64,000 nt of DNA, from assembly GCF_964188315.1 (NCBI RefSeq), contig NC_135659.1:50902001-50966000 (forward strand), written 5' to 3'. The position numbers and the translations under genes were made by a program. Source of the DNA: Podarcis muralis. Lineage: Eukaryota. This document shows positions 46,801 through 61,100 of this stretch, in pieces. Below the pieces are notes generated by a model, which was given only the letters and a program-made list of their open reading frames with translations, ran no database searches and was not told where the DNA came from. Within the stretch, counting starts at the first letter, position 1. Every line of letters begins with the position of its first letter.

Positions 46801-49800
46801 GCTTACAGCCCTCTTGGTTCCCCTGACCGGATGTGGAAGCACCCAGATGAACCTGTGTTGCTGGAAGAACCTGGGATAAAAAAGCTAGCTGAAAAATACA
46901 GCAAATCTCCTGCTCAGATTCTTCTCAGGTAATAGCAGGCTAGAATTTGGTAGAGGACATGGTGAGGACCTACTGGAACAAATGGATCTTTTTGATTTCT
47001 GTGCGAATTCACTATGAACTTTGTTTTAGCCCAAGGGGTGGGAAACCTCTGCTGTCGCCGCCCGCCCTGGGCAACTGTTGCAGGGCTACAACTCCTGTCT
47101 AACCAGCCAGCAAATTGAGCAGGTGGTCCAGAATCATGAGAGTTGTAGTCAAGCAACATCTGGAGAGTCCACAGGTTCCTCATCCTTGTTTTAGCCAAAA
47201 TGGTCTGTTTAGCTGACTTTGGCTTCTAAATGGCAGTAAAGCATTTTCAGCTGCCTCTCCCATTTCTTATTTTGGCCTTTCAAAAGGCTGAAAGGTTATG
47301 GTGAGCGGTAGGCTCTAAGTGGAAACAATACTCTGCAAGATAGAGTCAGCTCCTTTTAAGAGAAGAGATACTGGAGGAAACAAAAGCCCCCCAAGTGAGA
47401 AAGGAGAACGTAATATCCGAGAATATGCTGGGATTTCTTGGCTATATTGCAAGCATTATCAAGGCCCAAGTGGGCTCAACTTTTCAAAAATAACCATTCA
47501 TTTTGAGAATCCATTCTGAGGTTTCTCTGAAAGGAGCTGCATTGGAGCTCTGTCTTGCTCCCCAACAACTGATCTTTCCCAGAGCTTGGAGCTCTGTCGT
47601 CTTAAGATTATGCTGTGTCACACACTGAACCCCAAAGATGCCTTAGATTAGAAGGCATGAGAGGCCTGTGGAAACAAAGAGGATGGCAGCAGTGGCTGTG
47701 GCACGTACTATTTTGCTACCTGGATCGACTGTTTTGGATTTTATTTAGACATTGTGGAGGAATCACAGCTTCTCCTTTTAACTCTGATAGATGGCAAGTA
47801 CAGCGCAAAGTGGTCGTCATTCCCAAGAGCATTACTCCTGCTCGCATACTCCAGAATCTCCAGGTGAGTGAGTCCTCCTGCCAGGCCTTTCAGAAACAGC
47901 ACTGCCTTGGCTTGCAGTACTAAGGCTTCTGTTCTCCCTGTCTGTCCTTACTGACATTGTCTAAGTAAGGTGTGGTCCTACCATGTAGTAGTTTTATATA
48001 GCCAATGCATGCATATTTTCCAGTTCCAGTTCATTCTGTGCAGCAGCCACATGGTGCAGTGGTTGATCAACTCTTTTTCTATTATATGTATCAGCAGAGG
48101 CTTATCTGGGTATCTGATTTTTAGAGACTGGAGCATACTAGTTTAGCACATCCAGTCTTTGTAATCTACATGTTCAGTCTGCTGCAGCTGACCCTCAATT
48201 GTGTGCATTCATTGCCATCTGTTTCCAGTGCCTCAAAGGGATTTTCCTTTCCAGCTTTGATTTGGGTGGCTGTATTCTCTTAAAGCCTCACTTCAAACAA
48301 TTTTAATTGTACATGTTCTTTTTGGATTTAAATGAGTTCACCATAATCATTGATCTTTTTCTCCAGGGCTTTTCTCTATAGTCCAGGCAAAAATAAATCT
48401 CTGCCCTCCCCATTTTGAGAGCATTGCTGAAAAATTACTCCGTAATTTTATCACTAAGCCGGAACATGGCTTTTCAAGTGCTATTAAAATGAAGTTCAGA
48501 GTCATGTTGGCAATATTATAGTGTTTACAGGGAGATCCTCCCAAATGCTTTGGATTGTGTGCGTTGGAGTGGAGTGACTAGGAAGTTCCACTCTCTAGGA
48601 TGACAGGAGGCAGGATTAAGATTACCTTCATTTCAAGGAAGCTGGTTTATTTCCTGCCTCCAAAGAGACAGCAGGTTTTGCTTTTGCTTGAGATTAAAAA
48701 AACAACAACACAAAAATTGCATGACAACTACCAAACAGTGACAGTAACTCCATCTCCTGCATAGCAAAGTTAGGCAGGACAGGTGAAGAGATGAGCTGGA
48801 CAGGTACTCTCTCAGAAGCAGATCATTTAACTTTCATTCCAACTTCACTACTGAATGAGAGGGCTTTGTGTTGGGCAACACTGGTTTTGCTGAAGAAGCC
48901 TATGAGAGTTCTTTCTGCTGCACCCCACTTCACCACCACCCTGTCACCATGGCCAAGCCTTCAGCTGGTGCTTAACTAGGTTTGAGGAGCCTACAAATGA
49001 GAACTCCCTGATGGAAGTCAGAACTTTTTTCATTGGTCATCTTTGTGTCTGAAGATTTGTGGAGGGTAGCCAAGCCTCACATCACTAAATAAGTCTTCCC
49101 TAGGGAATTTGATTCTTAGGCCTGGCAACAAATTCAGGCTTCTGTTATTGAGGAAGAAACTGCCCTCTACCTCGAGGAAAGCAATAATAGCCTGTCCTGC
49201 CTTTTATTACATGCTCAAGGGTTGTAGGGCAGGCTATTTGAAATTATTTAGCTTGTGAGCAGAGAGGGTTTCCCTAGTGTCTGTTTTCCATTGCAAGTTG
49301 CTGTGCACAAATGGTTCTCTGTCTCATTTCCAAAAGCTGGGTCTGTTTTATAAATTCCATGCACAGTGGCCTTGCAAGGAAGCCCTTGCTTTTGGAGGAA
49401 GTCATCCATCTTAATTCTGCCTCCTGTCAACCCAGAGGGAGTTACTTCCACCTAATCTCTGCTATTCAGCTCCTTAAGGAGATTTGCTGATAACAGAGAA
49501 GCAAAATTTGTTTCTTTTCCACTTAGTCTTTAGTAGAGGAGATGCAGAAAAGAAGCATACTTCATATACACCAGACATGCATAGCTGCTGAAAACATCTT
49601 ATAGTGGATTAAAGCTGTTTTTTAAAAAAATAAGATAGCAGTAAGTAAAGAAAATGCTTATATGGTCCATCTTTTGCACAATGTAAGGTTAATGCTAACC
49701 TGCTCAATATAAGGAATGCACTGTGACTAGAAAGGCAGGGTAGAGAGGGTTGTGGATTAGTGTGAGTAAAAATCATATCTTAAATAATTCAATTTGAATT

Positions 49801-50113
49801 AGCCTGATCCTCTATTCCCTTTTCCCTTTCCTCTTCTATGAAGAAACCCATTAAGAGACCCCACATTTAAATTCTTCCCTGGTCTCCTTGCTGGCCCTAG
49901 TAGGACCAACTTGGCCAGTTAGCCCTGGTGATCATTTGATGTCTACTGTTTTTTTTTTCTTTTCCCAAAATGACCCCTGAATTTTTGAATTTTATTGATA
50001 TTGATGCTGCATTTTATGCTGTTTTTAAATTGCATTTTAATCAATGTTTTATATTTGCTGTTAGCCTCCCTGAGCCCGGTTTTTAAACTGGGAAGGGCAG
50101 GGTATAAATAAAA

Positions 50114-50159
<46 letters not shown>

Positions 50160-52112
50160 TAAAGTATCTGCTTCTGGTTTTAGGTGTTTGACTTCAACCT
50201 GACAGCGGAAGAGATGAGCTTTATCGGGAGCCTGAATAAGAACTGGCGATATATTGTTCCAATGGTTACGGTAATGTTGCCTCTTGCTCTCTAAGGCATT
50301 TTCACCATAATTGAGGCTTTGTATCATTCGCCTCCCACGAGGGTGTTCAACACTCTAACCCTTCTTATTCATTTATCCCTTAGTAACTGGCATTCAAACA
50401 AAACAGCTGAAGTAGAACTTGGGGTAACCCATTGTGTAGATGACAAGCTATTTACTTAACATGATTACTTCTTGTGAATTCTGTTGGCTAGCAAGCAGTG
50501 CATCATTTGATTTAATTTTTAAAACAGGTGTCAAACGTGTTGGTGTTTTTAGTTGTAAATTAGGCTTAAAATAATAAAATGAGAATTCCCTGGATGGCCT
50601 AGATCAGGGGTGTCAAACTCAAATTCATCGGGGGCCGCATCAGCAGTTTGGTCACCCTCAAAGGGCCGCTTGTATCTATAGGACTCAATATGCGCTCAAT
50701 ATAAAAACAAGTGGAGGTTTCCTGAATGCATGTAAAGTGGAGGTTTCCTGTGTAGAACGGCCGGCGCCGCTAGAGGGCAGACGTTCTCTGGCTTGTAGGC
50801 TGCAGCGCATGCACTGAAGAGGCGGCTTTCTTGTGTCCAAAAAAAAAAAAAAAGGGCGAGAATAAAAGGTGAAGGCTGGCGGTTGGCGGCGGCTACACGG
50901 GCCACATGAAGAGGTCTGGCGGGCCGGATTCGGCCCGTGGGCCTTGTGTTTGACACCCGTGGCCTAGATCCAGGTTTGGGGCAAGTACTCTTTGGTGAAA
51001 GAGCTCCAGAAAAGATTTAAAATCACAAAACGAGCAGTAAAGTGTCGGAATATAGGCTGTTAGATCTTTAAAATATCCCCTTCTAAGTTTCTTTCAAAGC
51101 TCCTACTTCCTCTTTGTGAAAGAGACCACGTTTGGCAAACTGAAAATGGTTTACTTACAAATTCTTCAAAGGTCAGATTTATGTGCTTTTCCAAAAAGCA
51201 GCAAGTAAAGTATCTCAGGTTGTCTGATGAGAGGGCTGGCCCTGGTAGCAGAGGATATGTGATAAAGATAGAGGATTTTCCTTCTGTGTAAAAATAGATC
51301 AGATATTTTTCCTTGCTAAGAGCAATGCATGAAGAGAATAAATTACTAATTTGTCCTTGGGAAGTTCTGTAGGTTTCATTTTGCTCCCTGCCCCCCCTTC
51401 CAATGGAATATTTAATGAACAAGCAATTTTTAAATTTGCTTTTGTGATGGTACAAGCTGTATTGCCTGTGTTGCATACCCCCTAGTGGCTCCTGAGATGA
51501 GGAAGAAAACTATTCTTTATCAACAGAACCTTATTGTACATTATCCAAGGGTTTCTATAAAAGCATCATGTTGACCTCTCGTCACCCTTGATGGTTTTCC
51601 TTTTCTCTGCGCTGTGTGTGTGTGTATCCTTCAAAACATGTTCCATTTCCCCCAGTGTAATCGTATTCACACCTATAAGCAATCTCATTTTACCATATGC
51701 AAAATACGATCAAAACTTTCTGTCATCTTCATTGGAGACTTGTTCGCATGCTCCAATGTTGTCAGTGTGTTTTATAAAAGGGCCTTAAATTGGGATCAAT
51801 GCTATTTCATTAGATTCATGGCCCGTACTCAGCTCAGTAGGATGAATTCTAATTTTGCCTTGCTAGTACAGTATATCCAACATTCTATTTAAGTTGCAAT
51901 TGCTATAGAAGATAGCTGCTCCTTTGGTCAGCTTCTATTAGCTGTGACAGTTTCCCCACTGGTTATGCACATGCACCTGAAAGATAGCATTCATTTTCTA
52001 GAATAACTGTAACAATTGTACTTCTTTTTCACTTTATCTTCTACAGGTCGAGGGCAAACTTGTTGCAAGGGATGCTGGACACCCCCTCTATCCTTTCAAT
52101 GATCCCTATTAA
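40870..52112 (+). CDS. AKR1A1: Aldo-keto reductase family 1 member A1 (aldehyde reductase), 327 aa
   Basis: Exons 40870-40959, 43719-43838, 44224-44375, 45105-45300, 46729-46928, 47791-47863, 50184-50270 and 52047-52112 total 984 nt in frame. [56 protein letters not shown] and the C-terminal [10 protein letters not shown] are present. AATAAA at 52248 and 52281. Confidence 0.97.
47032..47188. mobile_element. hAT MITE
   Basis: CAAGGGG / ATCCTTG ends. 8-bp TSD TTTTAGCC at 47024 and 47189. Related copies at ~666-770, ~44665-44785 and ~63720-63855. Confidence 0.8.
50118..50159. repeat. (ATT)14 microsatellite, tail of a LINE 3' end, abutting the AKR1A1 exon acceptor at 50184
   Basis: Direct reading. 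Confidence 0.95.
50605..50961. mobile_element. hAT MITE
   Basis: TIRs CAGGGGTGTCAAAC / GTTTGACACCCGTG. 8-bp TSD GCCTAGAT at 50597 and 50962. Confidence 0.92.
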
Positions 52113-55100
52113 CTCCAGTAGTTTAGAAGACAGAAGATAGAATTTCACTCAAGACTGCCATGGGTTATCAGACGTTTCTGGGATTTTTGTGTCTGTGGCC
52201 TTTATTTGTTTCTACATGTTTATAAAGAAATGAATGACAGGAATAGAAATAAATTGCAAGAGACATGTGTAAGCATTAAAAATAAATGCACAAGTTTGTA
52301 AGTCCCACCTTGGTCCAAAATTATGCTTATGCTATGACAGCAGTGTTAGCCTGATTTAACACTGAATGTGCTCTAATATCACAAGCTTGCTTGCAGCAAA
52401 CATAATTTGAAACAGGATGTGCTTGATATTGCTACTGCATTTAATGCTAGATGGAAATCACTAACCCCAATGTGTATTAACTGAACCATCTCCTCCAGCT
52501 GTGTATGAACTCTCAGGAGGATAGTTTAAAACAACCTTTTCACATTTTTCTGTCAATCTTTTCCAAAATGCCCTCCCTTATTTACATATGTTTATATGCA
52601 TGTACTTTGTAATGGAAGACCTTCTTTAATTAATTTTATTTGATTTTAAATTGTTTTTCTTTCCCATAAAGAAGAGAACAAAATAGAAACCAGAAAGGGA
52701 GAGAGAAAAGTAGAGAAAGGAGTACACATAATCTTAATCATCACTAGAATCCTGTAACAGGTCAGAGCTCATAGTGACCCATCATGCAAACAGGTCTATA
52801 TATGGAGTCCAAAATGTCTGAGGACTTGCCAGTCTGTCTCCTATGAAGAGCCACTTCCTCATAAGAAGCTACTGTAAACCAGTCTTCTGATCATTGTACT
52901 ATTGATGGGATTGAAAATTACTTCTAGTGCTGAAATACCAGCTGTTTTGCTGCCGAAATGGTGCTCATGATTTAGCTATGCAGTCCTTCAGTGAAGTGCC
53001 GCACCATGGAGAAGTAATTAAGTTAAATGTCTACATCCATGAAATTCTGATTTTTGATTTTACAAAAGGGAGCACAGTCACCCACTCCCTTTCATATTCT
53101 CTAGCTCCCTGTTCCCCTCATCCCTCAACTTACAAAAATCCAACTCAGTGTTATTCAGGATGTCCTTGTATAGAAAAACTATTTTGTGTGCGGGGCTGAA
53201 TCAAATCTTCAGATATTCCTGGTGACTTTGATACTCTAATAACATTATGTCCAAACATGTGCACAGGTATCTTATACTGGAGTTGAAGGGGTACTAGTTT
53301 TTAACATAACTTTCGGATTGCTGCAGTAGGTTAAAGCATTTTGAATTAAAAGCAGACATATATTGCATCTTCAGGGATCCAGATCCAAAATGCAAGCCAC
53401 AGTTTTGTTATTAGAATTTTTCTTAGTAAAATTGTCAGCTGTCTGGGTATATTGATATAATGATTCCATTGGTTGGAGTCTTAAGATACCTTGTCTGAAA
53501 ACCTATATTGTCTTTTTGGTAAATACATTCAGTTTTGTATATGCTAGCAAGTGTGTATATGTCTGATATTATTCCCAAGGAAGATTCACCTAGGTTGCAA
53601 TATGCTGCAGCTAGTGCACTCTTTGATACAGTGAGTGACTGCTGCATGTTTACGTGAGATTAAGAACATAAGAACCCTGTTGGATCACATCAAAGGCCCA
53701 CCTGACCCAGCAGGGGTGGTCCTCTGTAACATTTGATCCCCTCGAGTTTCTGAGGACTGGGCTTTGGGAAGGAGGTGTGAGGGCTCTGGCAGGGTCACGC
53801 AGTCCTCCTTTCTCCTTCCCAAAGCCTGGTTAACACTTTCCCAACTCTTTATTGATGTGCACAACTATGCAAGCTGTAAGGGAGAATCAAAAATGGTGTG
53901 AGACTGAAGAGATGATGTGCAAAGTTAAACTAGAAAAAAAAAAAGGCTGAGATTACATTTTCCCATGTCACTGGTGCCAATGTGCACCACAACCACTGTC
54001 TCCTCCATGGCTAACATCTATAACCTTTGCATTAGGCAGGCAATTTACCTTATCTACTGAATGAAGTTAATTATTCAGCCTATGAAAGTAAAGACCTAGC
54101 AGGATGACATTTGGGTAGGTAGAAGCTTTTACCAGGGAGCTAATAACACCGAGAGGAGCAGCAGCTGTTGATAGCAGAACAGTGATGAGGTTCTTAGCTG
54201 CATAATCCATGTCAGTGTCTACTCATTTAAAAATCTTCTCCATCACTAGTTGTTTTTAAATGACTCAGCTTTGAAAAAAAATACTCTTAACTGAAAAAGT
54301 ATATTGGAGTTCATACCATAGATGACAATACAACAGGTAATTAAAGTTTCAGATTGGTGGGCTGGTTCACAGAAGCCTTACAGCCAACATGGAAATTCAA
54401 GCACACACAAGACTTAATTTATGTAAGAAGATGTGGAAACAAACTGCAGACCAAACTTTACTCCAACTGTAATCTTTAGAGAACTTTGCATTAATACTGA
54501 TTAGGTCAGTATGTTTTGATTGGGAATTATTGCTGTCTAAAAGACATTGCTGTTATTACTAGTGCAGTTTCCCTTATTTTTGCTAGGTGGCCAGATACAA
54601 GATAAGGCTCCTGCACCCTTAATAGTTGTGTAGAAGAATTTTCAGCAGGTGTAAGCTTGTGTCTGCTAAAATTTGACCCTACACAACTATTAAGGGTGCA
54701 GAATCCTGTACTGCTTTTAACCCAGTTATTAGTAATATACGCTTTCAAGAGGTGTTAACTGTTCTCTAACTAGAGACAACTCCTAGTAGTATTGTTAGGA
54801 GGATTTTGTTCTATGGTAGCCGTTTGTGTTTACTCCCATAAGGCGACAATTTGTGCACACTTACAGCAGAGCCCTGTGCAGTTAGGTGTGCCTGAGACCT
54901 CTGAAATAAACATGTTTAGGCATGCTTAACTTTGCATAGGGAGATTGTGGACCTTGGAAGAATGCCTACCAAACACAATAGGCCATTCTTATAAGACTGG
55001 TACTGAACCAGAAAAAATGTTGCAGCATTTGACGTTTTGTCAGTTTCTTGGTCTTAATTAGCTACTGGCATGCGCCAGTAAGGTTAATTTCTAGTGCTGC

Positions 55101-55984
55101 AATCCTAAGCATACTGGTTAGGGAGACTACATAGCCTGCACATGTTCAGATACAATCTTTTATCAATAGCAACGTTATTGAGAGCTAGTGATGCAGCAGA
55201 TAAGTATTGCTCAGCCAGCTTAGCCAATTGTCAAGGAGGATGGGAACTGTAGTCTGGGAACCAAGGCTTGAAAAATAGGAGAACTGCAAATAAATAGGTA
55301 CCAAATCCTCACAAAGCTACGAAGCTTACCGTAGTCTTTGGGTCAATCACTTTCTAAGCCCAGTCTACTGGGCTTGAAATATGACATATCCAGTACGCAC
55401 ACATCTCAGTAGGGAAGACCTGGGCAGGTATTAACCTATGTGCGTTGTTTCCTCCACTCGCAGTGCTTTATTTTTTCCTAGCCTAAGCGAATGGTTTCCA
55501 TTTCCCTCTAAGCCGAAGACTGCGAGGTGCACTTGGGGACACCAGTGCATTGCCAGGCTAACCCTGCCCTCTGCCGGTAGAGACCCCGGCGTCAGAGAGG
55601 AGGGTCAGGTGAGTCGCGCCACTTCCACCCGCTCCCGGTCACACTGCAACCTCTTTAATTTGATGCACGGAACTCCGTGAGATCGGGAGCTGCCCTGTGT
55701 TGTGTTCATTCGTCACACCTGAAGCATGCGTGGTGTGATCCAGGACCTTGGTTTTTAAAGATACATAAACACAAATGGTCTTCTAAAAAACGCTGGAGGA
55801 AGGGGGTTGCCCAGCAGACTAGATGATCCGTGTCAGAGCAGTTAAAGATGTCAGAGGGTTAAGACAGTTTCTGACTCTTGTCTTTAGCCGCCCGCAGAGC
55901 TAAGAGATCTCTGAATGGATGCTATTTATTTCACAGCCTTTTCCAGTATGCTACCGTCTACGGACTACAAGCACTCTGACTTGG

Positions 55985-56344
55985 AACTACATTTTCCGGC
56001 ATGCTACAAAAGTCCGAGTCCGCGGACTACGTTTCCCAAAACAGCAAACAGAGGGAGAGAGGGAGTGAGGCGACGTTTCCAACATGCTCGAGGGTTTCTC
56101 TGGCATTCGTCCCGTTGGGCTTGGGGGGGGGGGTGTTGCGGTTTTTTACAACGCCTCAGGACGAGTTCCGGCTTCCCGAAAGGCCTCACAGGGAGGCGCG
56201 AGGCATGCTGGGAGCCGTAGTTCCTTTGCCTTGAGAGCGTGCCTCGCGCTGCTGGGGCGTGTCCTCAGGGGGCTATAAAAGCATCTGGAGGGGCGGTGGG
56301 CTGCGTTTCTCGGCTGATTGTTGTCACTCCGTCGGGGTCTTGAG
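55985..56344 (+). promoter_or_regulatory. NASP: NASP promoter (ZNF143/Staf motifs, TATA) and non-coding exon 1
   Basis: ACTAC-N3-5-CC(C/G)..ATGC-type motifs at 55985-56004, 56025-56045 and 56203-56222 (minus). TATAAAA at 56274-56280, donor GAG|GTGAGT at 56344/56345. The CpG island continues to ~57050 with E2F-like GGCGCCAAAA and GGCGGGAAA and a YY1-like CGCCATTTT. Confidence 0.65.
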
Positions 56345-58159
56345 GTGAGTTTGTGGGGCTGCCATCACCTTTGGCGGCGGCGCCGCTGGCGGGGTTCGGC
56401 TCAGGTTTTGTCTTTTCGGGAACTGGGTAAGGACGAAGGGAACGCTGAGTTGTTTGTTCGAGTAATGGGGGCGGCGGCGGCCACACAGGTATTCCTTCGT
56501 AGAATTTGTTCTCCCTCGGCTTCGCTTTAGGCGGCACATTCTGGTCCTCTTTACCTCATGGCGTTTTGTTTCATTCTCCACCCCCCCCTCCATCCTTTCA
56601 CCTCCTAATTCTCCCACCGGCGGTTTGGTGCATGCCGTTTTCTCACGGCGTGGGGGGCGGAGGCGGCCGTTCGCCTTAAAAACCGAGACGCCACGTGACC
56701 CGACTCGGAGTTTAGGCCGCCATTTTCAAGGCCCATCAATCCGGCGCGCGCAAAGGAGGGAGGGAGGGATAAGGGGGCGGGGGGAAGAGGGAATAAAGAG
56801 CCGCGTCACGTGGTAGGCAGCCTCGGCCTGTAGAAAGAGGCCCTTGAGATTCGGCGCCAAAAGATCTGACGAGGGGAGGGGCGGAGGCGGGAAACGAACC
56901 CCATTGTCTACTGAGGTAAACGTCTTTCTCCCAGAGAGAACTTTCTTAGCGTCGTTGGCGGCTCCGGGGGAGGAGTTAAGAGCGGCTTTTAACGCTCTGC
57001 CTTTTAACTCGTTCGATAAACCGAGCATATTAGTATTCTGATATATTTTTCGTGCGCTCCAAGGTGGGTGGGGGTGCTTAAGGCTTGTCGGGTCTACTCT
57101 GGGTTAATTCATTTGTGGTACCGAAAAGTAGCTGGTTGCAGCGGAACTGCGGGGTGAATTGGAAAATGCCTTCGTTACTGTAGTTTTTGGAAGGAACTGT
57201 CCGTCGACGTTTTCTCATCTCACCACAGTTAACGAGTGAACACTTAAAGAAACGGGAGCGTTCCTTGAAGCGCTATTCTGTTACTCGCCTTAGGACTAAT
57301 TGGCCTTCATTATTATTTTTCTGCTGGAGAGATTGTAACTTGTAAGAGTCTAGAAACTCGCATGGTGATAGTTCCTTAGCCAAGAGTCATCTGGATATTG
57401 ATAAAAGACATGTACAGCCGTGGTGTGGTGTGGTGTAGCCTATACAGTACAGACTTGATTTGTTTCTACACCTCCCCTTATGGAGCAAGTGTCGTTTAAG
57501 GGACTGGGGTCCCTCAGCAATATAGAGTAGGACTTCTAAGTCACTGTAATACTGCTCATTGTTTCCAATATTTATTGAATTTATGCTTTGCTAGACCTGC
57601 ATCCAGAACGCATTTAAAGCACATTGTTTTGCCGGAAGAATTTTGGAAATTGGTTTGTCAAGGATACTGGTACTGATAACTCCGCAAGAGCGGTAACTTC
57701 TGTTCCTGGGGTATGCTCTTTACATTGGTAACAAGCCTGTGTGAGGGGTCCATATAAATATACTAGTTAGGAGGGCTGTAATTTCAACTGGCACGTTGTA
57801 TACCTTCCACTACTGACAGCTTGGCATCTGTACAAAAATCCTTTAAAGTTCCTTTAAAATGAAATTGAAACTCTTAAATAATTTTCTGTGACTGTAGCAT
57901 GCCTCTTGAACAGTGCACAGGCTGTTTGATTGGGAGCTTTTTGACTTAACAGGGAAAGGTTGTGGCATACATGAAGGAGCCATCTGATAGTTATTTGCAC
58001 CACAAGCCTATGTGCCATTGGGGGTCCTTACTCTTAATTGGCTATAGTTCTATTTATAAAGCATACATTACAGTTATTGTAATGTTACAGTAACATTCCT
58101 AAGTATTCTTATACAGTTACATTCCTAAGTATTCTAACTTTAGAATTTTCAGTTTCAGA

Positions 58160-61100
58160 ATGGCAGAAGAATCTGCTGCTCCTTCTACTTCCGCTGACAA
58201 AACTGAGAGGTAAGATATAATTAGATGTAAGAATAGTGCATGTGAGTTTGAAATAGAGTAGTGTAACTATCTTCCTGTAATAGTCAGCTACTACTAGTTA
58301 CATTGATTGGAATAGACGAATGAAACGAGCAGTTTTTAAACACAGACACTCTTGATTTACTATAGTAAAACAGATAAATAATGACCAAGCTTGCTTCTAA
58401 CAGCTATAATGTTGTGGCTAACAACCTGGTTTCTTCCAGTAGCACCTTAGAGACCAACTAAGTTAGTTATTGGTATGAGCTTTCGTGTGCATGCACACTT
58501 CTTCAGATACCTGAAGTGTGCATGTACATGAAAGCTCATACCTTATGTATTAGTTGGTCTCTAAGGTGCTACTGGAAGGAATTTTTTTAATTTGTTTCGA
58601 CTACGGCAGACCAACACGGCTACCTACCTGTAACTAGAACCTTTTTTCTATTTTTCTAGTATGGATGTGGATGCAGAAGCCAAGAAATACCTCGGTTTGG
58701 GGCAGAAAAATTTGGTAATGGGAGATATTCCAGCTGCTGTTAATGCATTTCAGGAAGCTGCTTCTCTGTTGTAAGTAATGAGATTGATCCCCTCAGTTGA
58801 ATTTTCATTTGATGAAGGGAATTTAGCCTATCTTAGGGATGACAACCTTTTTTCTTTCTGTTATGGGTTGCATTCTCTTGGGTGTAGTTAGTGGAGAACT
58901 GCATGCTAGTGGTGCACAGAGCCAGAAACAAGTGTTCTGAATTAATATCTGCAATAAAGACTGCTTCATTTATTTCTTTTCCAAATTAGAATTCTTTCGT
59001 CTATGTAGATCTACCGAAAAGTAAACCCCACTGGGTTTTACAGGATTACTCTCAAGTTCAGTGGACCCTCGGGTTACGTACCTCTGGATATGTAACCTTC
59101 AGGTTACAAACGTGGCAAACCTGGAAGTATTTTTCTGTGTTTCGCCGCTCACGCATGCACAGAAGTGGCGTCTCTGGTTATGGATTTTTCGGGGTGCGCA
59201 TGTATGTATGTAGAGGATTATTTTTTTAACACAGCACCTGTTTTGGAAAATGAATGAAAGTAACTTTAGCACATTATTTGTTTACTTAATTATTGAATTT
59301 ATATTCCTCATGAGGAACCCCAGGGTGGCAAACAGATCCACACTTCAGAAAGCAAAGCAGAAACATTCTTAAACTGTTAGAACATTATAAAAACAATTAG
59401 TTTTTTAAAAAAATTTATTCCATCCAGTGATCTCAAGGTTACCAGGAAATTCGGCCACCAAATTCCTGCATAACCAAGAATATTTTCAAATTTCACATGA
59501 AAGTTAATAATGGCAATAGGCACAGCTCATTGGAAAGAGAACTAACACCAAAAAAAGCCCTGTTGTGGGTCAGTGCAAACCAAGCAGACCTGGTGGTCGC
59601 ATCACTAACAAGGCCTCATCTGCTTATTGTAGGGACTGAGATGATTGGTATTGGAGTATTTTTTAGATACTGTATTTAGTTTCCAAGCCTCCATGTGGGA
59701 GGTCACTAGAGCTTAGACAGCTGACACTAGGTTATCCTTGTCCAGTAACCAGACTTACCTGGGCATAACCAACTAGCAGTGGAAGCCACTCCAGTGAAAA
59801 GATGGAATTCAGGAGAACATCCAAAGTATATCTCCCCACCCCCAAATAATTTGGACAAAACTTTTTCTCAAGCCATATGGCCTGTGTATGTGTCAGTATT
59901 TCTGTTGAATACAGTATTGTCCATTTTAATACTTCCTGATACTGTGTGAAAAGGGCAGGGGATATAATCTGCAGGTAGATTAAAAAGAGTATTTTTAAAT
60001 AGATTTTAAAACTTGGTTTGGATTTTCTGGAATTTTAAATTTAATAAATTCTCAAATAACAGTGCTGTTAATATTATATCTTAACCAAAGCATGTTTGCT
60101 ACAGTTATTCTTTAAAATGAAGTAGTTTCTCTACCAGCTACATAGTTAACAGGCTTCCTATTTAAATCAAGAGCCAGTTCGATCATTTTTTCAAATGATT
60201 TACAGTCCAACTAGCAAACATAAATGTTTAGTTCCACTGAATGAAAATGATCTCTAGTCTGCTCAATAATAATAAGTTATTGCATTGTATTCTTCATTAA
60301 ATTATCTTTCCATTGATATATAATGTTACGGCATTACTCCAAAAAAAGGTGGTTTATGAGCCATCATTTCCTAAACAATGACACCTGATTGGCTCTCTAA
60401 AGCATTCATTTTACTGATTATTTGGCTCTAACTTTTGATAAGATACAGATAATTGAACAAACTTTGTTGCATTGCATTCTTCATGAAACTTTGTTTCCTT
60501 TGATACATAATTTTATGGTATTACTAAAAAAATTGTGTTATGAGCCATCAAACCTTGGAAATAAACTTTCCCCCAAAGGTTTCCACAATTTTGGCCACTT
60601 GTGTAAATGGGAAACATGACTTAAATTAATCCACCCTGCTAATCTGGTAATCTCTTTTTAGGGCTAATAAGTATGGTGAAACTGGAAATGAGTGTGCAGA
60701 AGCTTACTTTTTTTATGGGAAATCACTTCTGGAATTGGCAAGGTAAGTTAATGTGACCTGCTTTGGGCCACTTGGTGGTTTGAATAGTTAATCTAGATTA
60801 GGAAGGCTAACATAATTTTACATGGACTGGAATCCACTTCACCAGTTGCTGCTGCACACAGAACTGAAGTTACTTTTTGTAACTTTTTCTCAGAATAGTG
60901 GCAGCCATTCTAGAGCTACATAATCAGGTCAACAAACTTTGGTTGGTCTTCCTTGTCAACCAAATATGTATTTGCTTCCAGGACGCCTGGAGCAGGATCT
61001 GTTAACTGGCGTTCTTATGCTACATCAGTACAGCCTTGAGTTCAAGCTATTGAATGCTAAAACTGGTGAGGGAAAAGATAACAGCAATGCCTACTTACAT

